Shown: positions 49,903-59,810, counted from the first letter of the stretch. The stretch: DNA of 64,000 nucleotides from Akkermansiaceae bacterium (GCA_051251915.1 JBPOGF010000001.1:256001-320000), one strand, 5' to 3'. The notes: a model not told the origin generated them from the sequence alone. Translations and numbers: made by a program.

Positions 49903-50363
49903 TAAATTTCTGAGATGTAGGCGGGGCCGATGGGGGTTTGTGGGAGATGGTCTGCGATGGTGTTAGTGATGATTATTTCGCCGATGGGGGATTCTGGGGT
50001 GACGACTGTTAGGGGGGAGTCTTCGTATTCTAGGGTGATGCCGCCGCCGGAGGGGAGAAGGAAGAACTGGTGGTCTGTGTCGTCTTCTGTGGTGAGGATG
50101 ACGATGGAGCCTAGGACGGCGGTGTCTGGGTCGTCTGTGAGGGTTAGGTTGTGGAGTTTGTAGATGGCTTGTTCGAGTTGCTTGGCTTGTTGGGTTTGGG
50201 CGTCTGCGAGGTAGGAGGCTTCGATGCTCTGGGTGTCATATTTGCCTTCAGCTTTGTTGTCATTACCTGTGGATGCTGAGTGAGTTTCTGCGGCAGCTTT
50301 TTTGAGGCTGGCGAGGTCTGATTGTAGTTGGTGGATGACTTGGTTAAGGAGGAGTGATTTCAT
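49899..50363 (-). CDS. GreA/GreB-like C-terminal domain protein
   Basis: KAEGKYDTQSIEASYLA, LGSIV, FFLLPSGGG, VTPESPIG. Start MKSLL at 50363; the track's longer N-terminus runs through repeats. Confidence 0.8.
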   Translation of the reverse strand: MKSLLLNQVIHQLQSDLASLKKAAAETHSASTGNDNKAEGKYDTQSIEASYLADAQTQQAKQLEQAIYKLHNLTLTDDPDTAVLGSIVILTTEDDTDHQFFLLPSGGGITLEYEDSPLTVVTPESPIGEIIITNTIADHLPQTPIGPAYISEIY

Positions 50364-50442
50364 TTTTGACTGAAGGGGAAAGTTTAAAGGATAAAGTGCT
50401 TTTGCTTTGGTGGCTTGGGTTTTGTGCTTGGGTTGATGGTTT

Positions 50443-50475
50443 TTTTTTACCGCGAAATACACTAAATACACGAAA
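50443..50475. repeat. Dispersed 33-bp intergenic repeat, copy 2
   Basis: Identical to 35742-35774. Confidence 0.9.
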
Positions 50476-50506
50476 GTTTGCTTGTTGCTTTGTTGCTTGG
50501 GTTGGG

Positions 50507-53230
50507 TTATTTGCGGCCTTTTTTTGCTCGGGAGAATCTGGATTGGCGGGTGGTGTTTGGTGGTTGTTCTGTTGAGGTAGGTGTTGGTTCTGGTGATTGT
50601 TGTTTGGTGGTTTCTTTGGTAGTTTCTTTGGGGGCGGGGGTAGGTGTAAGTTTTTGTTGGTTGCGGGATTGGTTCCATTTTTGGGCGAGGGCTAGTTCTG
50701 GGAAGGTCCAGCCGGTGCGGGTGATGAGGGCGTCTAGGAGGACTGCGATGAGTAGGGCGATGGCTAGTGGGATGCGGAGGTCTGCGTAGTGGAGGATGGG
50801 TGGGCGGATCCAGGCTTGGGAGAGGTCTGTTAGGTTTCTGCCGTTGGTCTGCTGGGAGAGGGTGCGGAGTTCTGCTAGGCGTTCTTTATCGAATGCCCAT
50901 TCTGTGCTGGAGCCGACGATGATGGGGCCGAAGGGGATGGCGTGGTTTCCGGCTTGGACGGAGCCGCGGATGAGTGTGCCTTCTTCTAGGTCGCGGGTGA
51001 CGGAGAATTGTCCTGGGGCGATGCGTTTCCAGGGGACTTCGTAGGCTTCGCCGCCGTGTTCGCCTTCGATGATTTTGATGCGGGGTGCGGTGTTGGCGAA
51101 TTTGGTGGACCATTCTTCTGTATCGTAGAGGAGGTCTATTTTGAGGCGGGTGCCGTCGAGCTGGTGTTTGAGTCCTAGGCCGCGTGGGAGTTTGTCACCC
51201 ATGAGCCAGCGGGTGATGGTCTGGGCGAAGTCTCCGTATTGTGCCCAGTTTCTGACTGAGGTGGAGTGTTCGCCGCCAAGTGGGAATGAGATGGCTGCGG
51301 TGCGGCCGAGGCCGCGTCTGATGTGGGCGACGAGTGGAGCTTTGTATTCGTCTGTGGAGATGAGTGATGTGGTGGCTTTGTCACGTGCGTATGAGAGGTT
51401 GTAGCCGTCGACTTGGGGCATCCAGGTGACTGGGGCGGGTGAGATTTCTGCCCATTGGCCGGTGGCGAGGGTCTGGATGGGTTCTTCTATGAAGGCTGAG
51501 CGAGCGAGGGTGACTGTTTCTTGGGCGAAGAGTTTGGGGATGTCTACTGCGCGGTTGGTGTAGAAGATGCGGCCTTTGCCGAGTTTGGCGATGTCTTCGA
51601 TGAATTTGGCGTCTGAGTCGGTTTTTGAGCCTAGGCCAATGACTGAGATGGTGGCTCCTTGGTCTGTCATTTCTTTGAGGAGTTTTTTGTAGGCACCGGG
51701 TTCTTCTGAGTCTGCGGCATCTGTGAAGAGGATGATGTGTTTGGTGCCGATGCCGGATTTTTTGAGGCGGTCCCAGGCGTATTTGAGGCCGGTGTAGACG
51801 TAGATGCCGCCGCCTCTGGATTCTACGCGCATGGCTTTTTTCATGAGCTGTTGTTTGTTGCCTTTGATGGTTTGTTGCTGGATGATGGTTTCTGGTTCTG
51901 AGTCAACGGCATAGACGGCGATGGAGTCCATCATGCCGAGGAGTTCGATAGCTTTGGCTGCGCCGTTGTTGGCGAGTTGCATTTTGGTGATGTGTCCGCC
52001 TGCTGGGCCGGGGACGGTGGCGGACATGGAGCCGGAGCGGTCCATGACGATGGCCATGGAGACGGCGAGTTTTCGTTGGTCGTTTTTGAGCTCCATGGAG
52101 ATGGGGAGGAGTTCATCGATGGAGGACTGGAAGTAGCCTCCGGAGCCGAAGGAGTGTTTGCCTCCGACCATCATGAAGCCGCCGCCTTGGTCGCGGACGA
52201 AGAAGTTGAGGGCGTCTAGGAACTTGGCTGGAACTTCGTGTGCGGGGATGTTGTTGAAGATGACGGCTTTGGTGCCGGAGAGGAGGCCTACGCGGAGTTT
52301 GGCTGGGTCCATGATGGTTTCTACGTTGATTCCTTGGGATTTTAGGGAGGCGGCTAGTGGGTCGTTGGTGTATTTTGTGGCGATGACGATGCGAGGGCCG
52401 CCGGTGATTTCGATCCATTTGTTAGATGCATTGTTGCCTGAGTGGGCGTCTTTTTCTGGGAGGATTTCTGCGGTGAATTCGTATCCGCCGGGTTGCAGTA
52501 TTTTGGTCTGGAATTCTAGTTTTCCGACTCCGTTGATGAGCTCTACGGTGGTGTCTGGGGTGCTGATGACTTCTCCATTTCTGTAGATGGTGATGGGGAT
52601 CTCGCCGTCTTCGTGTCCTCTAACAGTGACGCCTAAGAGGAATGGTTCTAGGGTTTGGGCACGGGTGGGGAGGTCTATGCGGGCGATGCGGAAGTCGTCT
52701 GTGGTTTCCTCGCGGACTAGGCGGTAGTCTATGGGGATACCGGCTTTGTTTAGCTTGTCTGCGATGTCATCGAAGGGTTCTGTGGAGTAGCCGTCTGTGA
52801 AGAGGAGGATGCGGGAGGGGCGATTTTCTGGTGCTAGGGCGAGGACGTTTTCTAGGGCGAGGGCTGTGCGGGTGAGTTTCTTATTGCCGGTGTAGTTGGC
52901 GGTTTCTGAGTTGGGGATTTGCTCTACGACTTCTGCGGCGTAGTCGATGTAGCGGAGGGTGTCTTTGCGAGATTGGTTTTGTTTGAGGAGCTTGTCCCAT
53001 TCTTGGAAGTTCTGGGCGATGAGGCCTTCAGTGGATTCTGAGCGGTCTAGGAGAACCCAGAGGTCTAGGGTGTCTTGTTTCTTTTGGATGGTGGGCTGGG
53101 CTAGGATGAGGGAGGTGAGGGCTACGGCGATTAGGCGTAGGGGTTTGAAAATTTGGGCCCGTTTCCAGACTAGGCCGAGGAGTAATAGGGCGGGGATGAT
53201 GTAGAGCCAATGTGGATTTAGGAAATGCAT
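50507..53230 (-). CDS. Membrane protein with vWA domains and a glutamine-amidotransferase-like domain
   Basis: LDRSES and MDRSGSM MIDAS motifs; GGGFMMVGGKHSFGSGGY; GLGRTAA; terminal TM segments. Confidence 0.88.
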   Translation of the reverse strand: MHFLNPHWLYIIPALLLLGLVWKRAQIFKPLRLIAVALTSLILAQPTIQKKQDTLDLWVLLDRSESTEGLIAQNFQEWDKLLKQNQSRKDTLRYIDYAAEVVEQIPNSETANYTGNKKLTRTALALENVLALAPENRPSRILLFTDGYSTEPFDDIADKLNKAGIPIDYRLVREETTDDFRIARIDLPTRAQTLEPFLLGVTVRGHEDGEIPITIYRNGEVISTPDTTVELINGVGKLEFQTKILQPGGYEFTAEILPEKDAHSGNNASNKWIEITGGPRIVIATKYTNDPLAASLKSQGINVETIMDPAKLRVGLLSGTKAVIFNNIPAHEVPAKFLDALNFFVRDQGGGFMMVGGKHSFGSGGYFQSSIDELLPISMELKNDQRKLAVSMAIVMDRSGSMSATVPGPAGGHITKMQLANNGAAKAIELLGMMDSIAVYAVDSEPETIIQQQTIKGNKQQLMKKAMRVESRGGGIYVYTGLKYAWDRLKKSGIGTKHIILFTDAADSEEPGAYKKLLKEMTDQGATISVIGLGSKTDSDAKFIEDIAKLGKGRIFYTNRAVDIPKLFAQETVTLARSAFIEEPIQTLATGQWAEISPAPVTWMPQVDGYNLSYARDKATTSLISTDEYKAPLVAHIRRGLGRTAAISFPLGGEHSTSVRNWAQYGDFAQTITRWLMGDKLPRGLGLKHQLDGTRLKIDLLYDTEEWSTKFANTAPRIKIIEGEHGGEAYEVPWKRIAPGQFSVTRDLEEGTLIRGSVQAGNHAIPFGPIIVGSSTEWAFDKERLAELRTLSQQTNGRNLTDLSQAWIRPPILHYADLRIPLAIALLIAVLLDALITRTGWTFPELALAQKWNQSRNQQKLTPTPAPKETTKETTKQQSPEPTPTSTEQPPNTTRQSRFSRAKKGRK

Positions 53231-53231
53231 T

Positions 53232-55016
53232 TTAGTTGGCTGTTAGAGGTTTAGCCTGCTTGTTGGCGTGATGCCAGGCTAGGGCTAGGGCGGCGAGGAT
53301 GAGGAGGACCCAGTAGCGCCAGTAGGGGTCTCCGGTGGTGTGCTTGAAGACGGCGGAGGCGTTGGTGGAGGCTGGGAGGTAGGCTGTGTCGCACTCGGAG
53401 AAGTCTGCCTCGCGGGTGTCTGCGAAGTGGTTGGCGGCGGAGAGGATTTTGGTGTCTCCTTGTTTGATGTAAAAGTAGCAGGGTGATGCTGGGGCGTGGA
53501 GTTTGGTGTTGGTGCGGTAGGTGCGAGTGATGGTTTCTGTTCCTGTGAGTGGTTGGATTTGAAGGGTGAGGGGATTTTCTGGGGTGATTATCTTGGGGGG
53601 GGTGATGATGTCTAGGGGTTGGGAGGTTTCGGTGATGGCTTGCTGGTGGGTGGGTTTGGCTTCTCGGATGTTGTTTAGGAAGCGGTAGAGTAGGACGACG
53701 GCGGACTCGGATTTATCGATGTTGGAGAGGGTGATGTCGAAGTTGAAGATGAGGGATTGTTTGTTGCCAGGGACGGGTCTGAGGAAGACGAGGGCGCGGG
53801 TGCCTTGCCAGAGGAGGACTTGGTCTTCTGCTGTGTGAGGGATTGAGGGGACTTGGCGGAGGAGGAGGGATTGCCAGTTTAGGCCGTCCATGAGGGGGTG
53901 TTTTTCTGCGACGATGTTGCCTTTTAGGTAGGGTGCGTTTTTGGTTGGGGCGTTGTTGAAGCAGATGGCGTTATTGGTGAGTGTTGTTAGGGCGGTTTGG
54001 GTGATGAGCTGGGCGTCTGCTTCTTCTGGGGTGGTGACGGTGCGGGTGTTGGCGAATCCGGTGGTGATGCTGGAGGTAAGTTTTTCGTATGGTTTGTAAG
54101 CGCTGGCGTGGATGAGGAGGGTTTTGGGTTGGGGTATGATGAGGGGGAGGGAGTCGTCTAGGGTGAAGGAGTCTGGGGAGAGGACGAGTTTGGCGGTGGT
54201 GGAGCCGGCGGGGATGGCTCCTCTGAGTGAGATTATTTTGCGGGGTTCGATGGTGATGGATTTTTCTGGGGTGCGCTGGCCTTTTTGGTTTTCTAGGTAC
54301 CAGGTTCGGGTTTGGGGTTCGTTGGAGTAATTTCTGACGAGGGTTTGCCAGATGTGTTGGGTGCCTTGGGTTTCGAAGCTGACGCCGGTGAATCCGCAGT
54401 TGGGTTTGTAGCTGCCTATGGAGTGGATGTGGGCGTTGTAGGGGATGGACTTTTTAGGGGTGTCTGTTAGGAAAAGGAGTGCGCCTTCGGCTCCTGTTAG
54501 GGAGCGTGAGATGCGGAGGGCGTGGGTGGGGTCTGAGGCGCCGTCTAGGGGTTTCCAGTTGTCGATGGCGGTGAGGAGATCTTCCAGTGAGTGGCCGTGA
54601 TAGAGGCGGGATTTTGAGGTGTTAGACTCGTGCAGCCAGTATTCAGCTTGCTCTGCACTGTTCTGGAGGTTGGGGAGAATTTCTTTTAGCTTGGCTTTGG
54701 TTTCCGTGGTGAAGACGGACATGGAGGCGGAGCTGTCAAGGACGATGGCGATGCGCTGGGTACTGTTAGATTTAAGAAATCTGGGCTGGACTAGGAGCCA
54801 GGTGATGAGGAGGACGATGAGGAGTTGGAGCCAGAGGGGGATGGAATTCATGAGGCGGTCAAACTTACGGCCGCTGGCGGATTCTTTCTGGGTTTTCTCT
54901 AGGAGGAATAGGGTGCTGGAGGGGATGACCTGAGCTCTTCTCTGGAGGAAGTGGATAGCGATCACTATGGGGATAGCGATGAGGGCGAGAAGGCCTAATG
55001 GGTTAGCTAGGGTCAT
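53232..55016 (-). CDS. BatA N-terminal + vWA domain protein
   Basis: LANPLGLLALIAIPIVIAIHFL...PSSTLFL; VLDSSASM. Confidence 0.88.
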   Translation of the reverse strand: MTLANPLGLLALIAIPIVIAIHFLQRRAQVIPSSTLFLLEKTQKESASGRKFDRLMNSIPLWLQLLIVLLITWLLVQPRFLKSNSTQRIAIVLDSSASMSVFTTETKAKLKEILPNLQNSAEQAEYWLHESNTSKSRLYHGHSLEDLLTAIDNWKPLDGASDPTHALRISRSLTGAEGALLFLTDTPKKSIPYNAHIHSIGSYKPNCGFTGVSFETQGTQHIWQTLVRNYSNEPQTRTWYLENQKGQRTPEKSITIEPRKIISLRGAIPAGSTTAKLVLSPDSFTLDDSLPLIIPQPKTLLIHASAYKPYEKLTSSITTGFANTRTVTTPEEADAQLITQTALTTLTNNAICFNNAPTKNAPYLKGNIVAEKHPLMDGLNWQSLLLRQVPSIPHTAEDQVLLWQGTRALVFLRPVPGNKQSLIFNFDITLSNIDKSESAVVLLYRFLNNIREAKPTHQQAITETSQPLDIITPPKIITPENPLTLQIQPLTGTETITRTYRTNTKLHAPASPCYFYIKQGDTKILSAANHFADTREADFSECDTAYLPASTNASAVFKHTTGDPYWRYWVLLILAALALAWHHANKQAKPLTAN

Positions 55017-55949
55017 TTATAGGGTTTCGGGGAAGGCTAGTTCCCAGACTTTTTTGGCTTGGAGAATTTCTTCTTTTCTTCTTGTGGGGCTTAATTCCCA
55101 GGTGAGTGGTAGTGTGGGGTCGACGTGTTTTAGCAGGGCTTGGAAATCTAGTTCGCCGGTGAGGGGAACTCGGTGATCTCTTTTGGGCCAATATACGTCA
55201 TGCACGTGGCATCCTACGAGATAGGGGGACATGCTGGCGAGCCATTTTTCGTGGTCGAGGAGGTGGATGTTGTGCTTGAGCTGGACGTGGCCGAAGTCAT
55301 GCCAGTAGCCTACGTGTGGGTTGTCTTTAAAGTGTTCTTGGAGGCGGGTCATTTCTTCCTCGTTTGGCATGTCTTCGAATCTGGATCTGGATTCTACGGC
55401 GAGGGTGACTCCGACTTCTGCGGCTTTTTCTGCAATTTCTTCGAGTGCTTCTATGGCGCGGGCGTAGTAGAGCTTGGCGATTTTGGTGCGCTTTTTGATA
55501 AATTTGTCTTTGAATTTATCGTATTTTTTAGGGATATCGACATCGATTTTGTCTTCGACCATTTGGGTGATTTTTTTGGTCCATTTTTTAGGGTTCATGG
55601 GGACTGAGCCCATGTGGAGGACCATGTAGCCGGCTTCGAATTCTGCTGCTACGTCTAGGGTCTTGAGGGTCATGTCCATGGCGCGCTTGCGGTCGTAGGC
55701 GCGGTGGGATGTGTATTCGAATGCGTCTGGGGCATCGATCATGACTTCGACGGGGGAGGGGAAGAAGTTGTGGACACCGACGCAGTTGAATTTGCCCTCT
55801 TTATAGGCACGCTGGATGCCTGGGAGCTTGGTGATCATCATGCCGTGGCTGAGTTCTAGGTTGCGAAAGCCCATGTCGACGATTTCATCGATCATAGTGT
55901 CACCTTCATGGTGGCGCGAGTTATTCCAGCAGGTAGAGAAGCTTAGCAT
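55017..55949 (-). CDS. Sugar phosphate isomerase/epimerase (AP endonuclease 2 TIM barrel)
   Basis: HNFFP, VLHMG, LAVES, WHDFGH, HVHD, DHRVP, WELSP. Confidence 0.85.
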   Translation of the reverse strand: MLSFSTCWNNSRHHEGDTMIDEIVDMGFRNLELSHGMMITKLPGIQRAYKEGKFNCVGVHNFFPSPVEVMIDAPDAFEYTSHRAYDRKRAMDMTLKTLDVAAEFEAGYMVLHMGSVPMNPKKWTKKITQMVEDKIDVDIPKKYDKFKDKFIKKRTKIAKLYYARAIEALEEIAEKAAEVGVTLAVESRSRFEDMPNEEEMTRLQEHFKDNPHVGYWHDFGHVQLKHNIHLLDHEKWLASMSPYLVGCHVHDVYWPKRDHRVPLTGELDFQALLKHVDPTLPLTWELSPTRRKEEILQAKKVWELAFPETL

Positions 55950-55958
55950 GGTGTGATT

Positions 55959-56663
55959 TTAGGATGGAGATTCTGAGGGGAGGATGGAGTGTGATTTGAA
56001 ATCTTGTGGTGCGATGAGGAAGACGATTTCGCCTTTTGCTTTGTGGTGTGAGAAATGCTCGAAGAGTTCTTTGGCTGTGCCACGGTGGTAGGTTTCGAAT
56101 TTCTTGGTTAGTTCACGGGCGACGCAGACTTGCTGGTCTGGGTGGCTGGAGGAGATGATTTCTAGGGTGGAGAGGATGCGGTGTGGGGACTCGAAGAAGA
56201 TGGAGGTATTTTCTGATTCTGCGGCGGCTGTGAGTGCTTTGCCGCGTTTGCCTTTTTTGACTGGGAGGAATCCGCCGTAGAAGAATGCGTGGACTGGGAA
56301 GCCTGAGCCTACGAGGGCTGTGAGGACTGCGGATGGGCCGGGGAGGACGGTGTAGTCGATGTCATTTTCGATGCAGGCACGGAGGAGGCGGTAGCCGGGG
56401 TCTGAGACGGCGGGCATGCCGGCGTCTGTGATGACTGCTATGTTGGTGCCGTTTTTGGCGCGTTCTATGAGCTCTGGGGTTTTCTTGGCTTCATTGTGAT
56501 CATGGAGTGCGATGACTGGCTTGGAGACGCCGAAGTGTTCTAATAATGGGCGCGAGTGGCGGGTGTCTTCACAGGTGATGAGGTCTACCTCTTTGAGTGT
56601 TTCAATGGCACGGAGAGTCATGTCGTCACGATTGCCGATGGGTGTGGGTACGAAGTAAATCAT
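55959..56663 (-). CDS. rsmI: 16S rRNA (C1402-2'-O)-methyltransferase
   Basis: VPTPIGN..D.T.RA, CEDTRHS, DAGMPAVSDPG, FESPHR, ARELTKKFE. Confidence 0.96.
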   Translation of the reverse strand: MIYFVPTPIGNRDDMTLRAIETLKEVDLITCEDTRHSRPLLEHFGVSKPVIALHDHNEAKKTPELIERAKNGTNIAVITDAGMPAVSDPGYRLLRACIENDIDYTVLPGPSAVLTALVGSGFPVHAFFYGGFLPVKKGKRGKALTAAAESENTSIFFESPHRILSTLEIISSSHPDQQVCVARELTKKFETYHRGTAKELFEHFSHHKAKGEIVFLIAPQDFKSHSILPSESPS

Positions 56664-56681
56664 GATTTTGGTTAGACTCTG

Positions 56682-57212
56682 TTAGAATCCATTAGAAATA
56701 CAGGAAGTGATCTTCCTAGAGAGGTTGTTGATAGCGTCATAGATGGAGTCATCACGTGATAGACGTTGATTATCACCTACGAAAAAGCGGGTTTCGCCAG
56801 TTGTTTTTCCTGAGAGGAGGACCTTGGACTGGTTGTCGACGAGCTGCCATGTAGAGTGAATGGTGGCGGTAAGTTCTTCGGCACGGAGGGTGTCTAGGCG
56901 TGATGATCTGAACTCGTCATAATCAATTTTTTCAATGACGACTTTGAGTGTGGCATCAGACTGGGCTGGGGTGGAGACTTGGTAGGCTCCGTCATTATTG
57001 ATGAAGCGTACGAGTGAGTTAGTGGCTTGTGGGGCGAGTTTGATTTCTAGGGTTTTGTTCTCCACCATTGGGACGTAGATGGAATGGATTTCACGAAGTT
57101 CTTGCGGCTTGGCACCGCCTAGATGGTATCCTGAGCATGAGCAGACGAGCGAGGCTGAGGCTAGGATGATGCCGGCTTTGATGGCATTGATGGCTTTGTG
57201 AAATGGCAGCAT
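56682..57212 (-). CDS. lptE: LPS assembly lipoprotein LptE-like
   Basis: Lipobox followed by GYHLGG; IYVPMVEN.T; downstream of bamD. Confidence 0.75.
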   Translation of the reverse strand: MLPFHKAINAIKAGIILASASLVCSCSGYHLGGAKPQELREIHSIYVPMVENKTLEIKLAPQATNSLVRFINNDGAYQVSTPAQSDATLKVVIEKIDYDEFRSSRLDTLRAEELTATIHSTWQLVDNQSKVLLSGKTTGETRFFVGDNQRLSRDDSIYDAINNLSRKITSCISNGF

Positions 57213-57250
57213 GGTGGATGGTGTCCGATATTTGTGACCCTATGTTGATG

Positions 57251-58204
57251 TTACTGTCCGATTTCAACTAGGCGTTGTTGGGCTTTTTCACGGAGTGAGC
57301 CGGCGGATGACATGCGGATGACTTCACGGTAGTAGAATGCTGCGGATGCGCTTTGACCTTTGTCTTGGTAGAATTCTGCGATGTCGAAGCTGCGCTGGAC
57401 GTCTGATTTGCTGAGCTCAGCGAGTTTAGCCTTGGCATCTTTAGCGCGTGGGTGGCTAGGGTATTGTTGCTGGAGGTCGAGGAAAACGTTTCTGGCACTA
57501 TCGAGGCTGGCTTTGTTGCGGTTGCCTTTTGATGCTTGTGACATGAGGATAGATCCGGTGCGGTAGAGGGCTTCTGGAGTGAGACTGCTGTTGGGGTAGC
57601 GTTCTTGGACGCCACGGTAGCCTGCTATGGCTTTGTCAGTATCTCCACGGTCTTGCCAGACGGTGCCGATGGCGAACTGGGCTTTAGGGGCTTGTGTGGA
57701 GTAGGGAGCGTTTTCTCTGACTTTGGTTAGCATTTCTTCTACGTTTTTTCCTGCTAGTTTGGATTTTAGGCCAGCGAAGTTGTGCGTGATTTCTCCTTTA
57801 GCTGCGGCTAGTGCGACTTCGGATTGTTTCTGGATAGCGGAACTGTAGAGGTGGCTTGAGTTGTATTTATCGATAAATTTTTGGTAAGCATCGAAGGAAT
57901 CTAAGAGTTCACCTTGGGCGTAGAGGATGGAGGCTTCTTGATAACGAGCTTCTGGCGCTTGGGCTGAGAGTGGGTATTTGTCCGCGACTGTCTGATAGGC
58001 TTTGATGGCTGCATTGTTTTTTCCTGCGGCTTGAAGGCTTTTGGCTTCGGCGTAGAAGGATGCGGCGGTCTGGGAGTTTAGGCCTTGGACTTGACCGGTG
58101 GCAGAGAGTGGCTGATCTACGTCTGTGCTACAGGAGGTGGATAGCGTCACCAATAGGGCAGATAGGCTGACAGGAAGTAGCGAAATAGCATTTTTCAATT
58201 TCAT
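57251..58204 (-). CDS. bamD: Outer membrane assembly lipoprotein BamD-like (TPR)
   Basis: Lipobox STSC; repeated YP.S..APEA TPR units; FDIAEFY...SAAFYY. Confidence 0.8.
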   Translation of the reverse strand: MKLKNAISLLPVSLSALLVTLSTSCSTDVDQPLSATGQVQGLNSQTAASFYAEAKSLQAAGKNNAAIKAYQTVADKYPLSAQAPEARYQEASILYAQGELLDSFDAYQKFIDKYNSSHLYSSAIQKQSEVALAAAKGEITHNFAGLKSKLAGKNVEEMLTKVRENAPYSTQAPKAQFAIGTVWQDRGDTDKAIAGYRGVQERYPNSSLTPEALYRTGSILMSQASKGNRNKASLDSARNVFLDLQQQYPSHPRAKDAKAKLAELSKSDVQRSFDIAEFYQDKGQSASAAFYYREVIRMSSAGSLREKAQQRLVEIGQ

Positions 58205-58533
58205 GGCCTTAAACTATGCGAGAGATACTGAATTGCCAATGAAAAAGCCTGTGTGCGGGAAATAGATTGTGTCTTATGCTCATAGATATGACTATTTTTA
58301 GATTCAGCATGAAAAAATTATTACGTTCGAGAAATTTGAATGATTTTGACTAAAGCGAAAGCTTTGATAACAACGAACGTGGTGCATGATATTATATTTC
58401 CAACTAAGTTGTTCACTGATCGAGTTAGTAATTTTATTGTCTGAGTGAAGGTTTTCCAATTTACAAAACAAGGAGCCTGTAGATGATGGCTAAGTTACAT
58501 TGAACAAACATCCCTAGTTGTAAAATAATTAAA

Positions 58534-59142
58534 ATGCAGAACCAAAATTACAGAATGTCCTTTACTCGTGGTGCACTTTTTAAGCGTGAATCACTCATTG
58601 TAGCGGATGAATACCTAGTGCGTAATACGTGGGAAGGCGTTAAAGACAATATAATCGATCAAAATAAATTTCAATCTCGTGCTTATTCTTCGCTGAAAAC
58701 CATCACTAAGGTCATAGTCTCACGTCTCCAAGAACTCAATGACGCTGAACTAAGCTATTTAGCAATGACCACCACCCAAGAGCAATCCTACTTGTTGTGG
58801 ATAGCAATATGCCGGCACTATCGGTTTCTCCATGAATTTGCTGTTGAGGTTCTACGTGAGCGTTATCTTACTCTGCATACTACTCTCAATCATGAAGACT
58901 ATGATAGCTTTTTTAATCGCAAGGCGGACTGGCATACAGAAATTGACCAGCTGACCGAGAGCACTCAGAAGAAGCTGAAACAGGTCGCCTTTCTCATGCT
59001 CCGCGAAACAGGTCTACTTACGGGAGACTATACCATCATGTCTCCCTTTCTTACTCCTGAGTTCGTTCAACTACTCATTGAACACTCGAACCAGACGGAT
59101 CTCGCTATTTTTCCAATCTCTGACCAAAACCTAGCATCTTGA
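58534..59142 (+). CDS. brxA: BREX protein BrxA (DUF1819)
   Basis: YRMSFT.G.L..RES, LWIAICRHY.F..EFA.EVLRE, FF..KA.WH, ST..KLKQV.F.ML.E.GL. Confidence 0.9.
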   Translation: MQNQNYRMSFTRGALFKRESLIVADEYLVRNTWEGVKDNIIDQNKFQSRAYSSLKTITKVIVSRLQELNDAELSYLAMTTTQEQSYLLWIAICRHYRFLHEFAVEVLRERYLTLHTTLNHEDYDSFFNRKADWHTEIDQLTESTQKKLKQVAFLMLRETGLLTGDYTIMSPFLTPEFVQLLIEHSNQTDLAIFPISDQNLAS

Positions 59143-59759
59143 ATACCGAATTTTCAAAACTATCCGACAGTAAGAAATTTGACAGGCTGTTGAGGATTCT
59201 CTCAGATCCTTCCTTTTACAAAAATGAGGGGCTAGGCGGTGAACCTCCGTTTTACATCTATCCACATGGGGCTGAGGCTATCCTCGCTGTGGAGCAAATG
59301 CAGAAGAACCTTATTGCTCAACTCACTTTGAAAGGTATCTCTGTATTAGAAATTAATCTCTACGACACTTGTATCGGACTACTAAAAGATAGAGGCATTT
59401 TGGAGCAGGTTTTTCAGCTTGAATCCCAAGGGCAAAAAGATGTTTTGCGAGAAACACTAGGCAACGTGCTCGATCCAGCCACACACATTAGGCCTCTGTT
59501 CGAGCAGAAGCTCAGCGAGGAGAATCCTCAGCTGATTTTCCTCACTGGAGTGGCAGAGGTCTATCCGTTTCTCCATACAGAGGATGTGCTAAGCAATCTG
59601 ATTCAGTTACTCAGTAAAGCTCCATTACTGTTATTTTTCCCAGGCGATTATTCTCAGTCATTAGAAAAAGGCAGTAATCTTAACCTCTTTTCACGCATTC
59701 CAGGGAATCGATACTACCGAGCTATCGACATCACTCGTAAGGACTTTGCAGTCATTTAA
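59139..59759 (+). CDS. brxB: BREX protein BrxB (DUF1788)
   Basis: GLGGEPPFYIYP, INLYD, GVAEVYPF, LFFPGDY, L.LF, YYRA; TTG start overlaps the brxA stop. Confidence 0.9.
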   Translation: MNTEFSKLSDSKKFDRLLRILSDPSFYKNEGLGGEPPFYIYPHGAEAILAVEQMQKNLIAQLTLKGISVLEINLYDTCIGLLKDRGILEQVFQLESQGQKDVLRETLGNVLDPATHIRPLFEQKLSEENPQLIFLTGVAEVYPFLHTEDVLSNLIQLLSKAPLLLFFPGDYSQSLEKGSNLNLFSRIPGNRYYRAIDITRKDFAVI

Positions 59760-59810
59760 ATTTATCCATTTTTGCTTTTTTTAAAAAACTACTACTCATC
59801 TACCCAGACC

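Noticed and set aside
50364..50678. N-terminal extension of the Gre-like ORF in the track
   Set aside because: It overlaps the vWA gene end and the dispersed repeat; the recognisable domain starts at ATG 50363.
58300..58410. Possible dif site at the skew switch (e.g. GTGGTGCATGATATTATATTTCCAACT)
   Set aside because: Poor match to the XerC/XerD arms (no TTATGTTAAAT-like arm at the right spacing). It fits an extended -10 (TGnTATTAT) for BREX at least as well.
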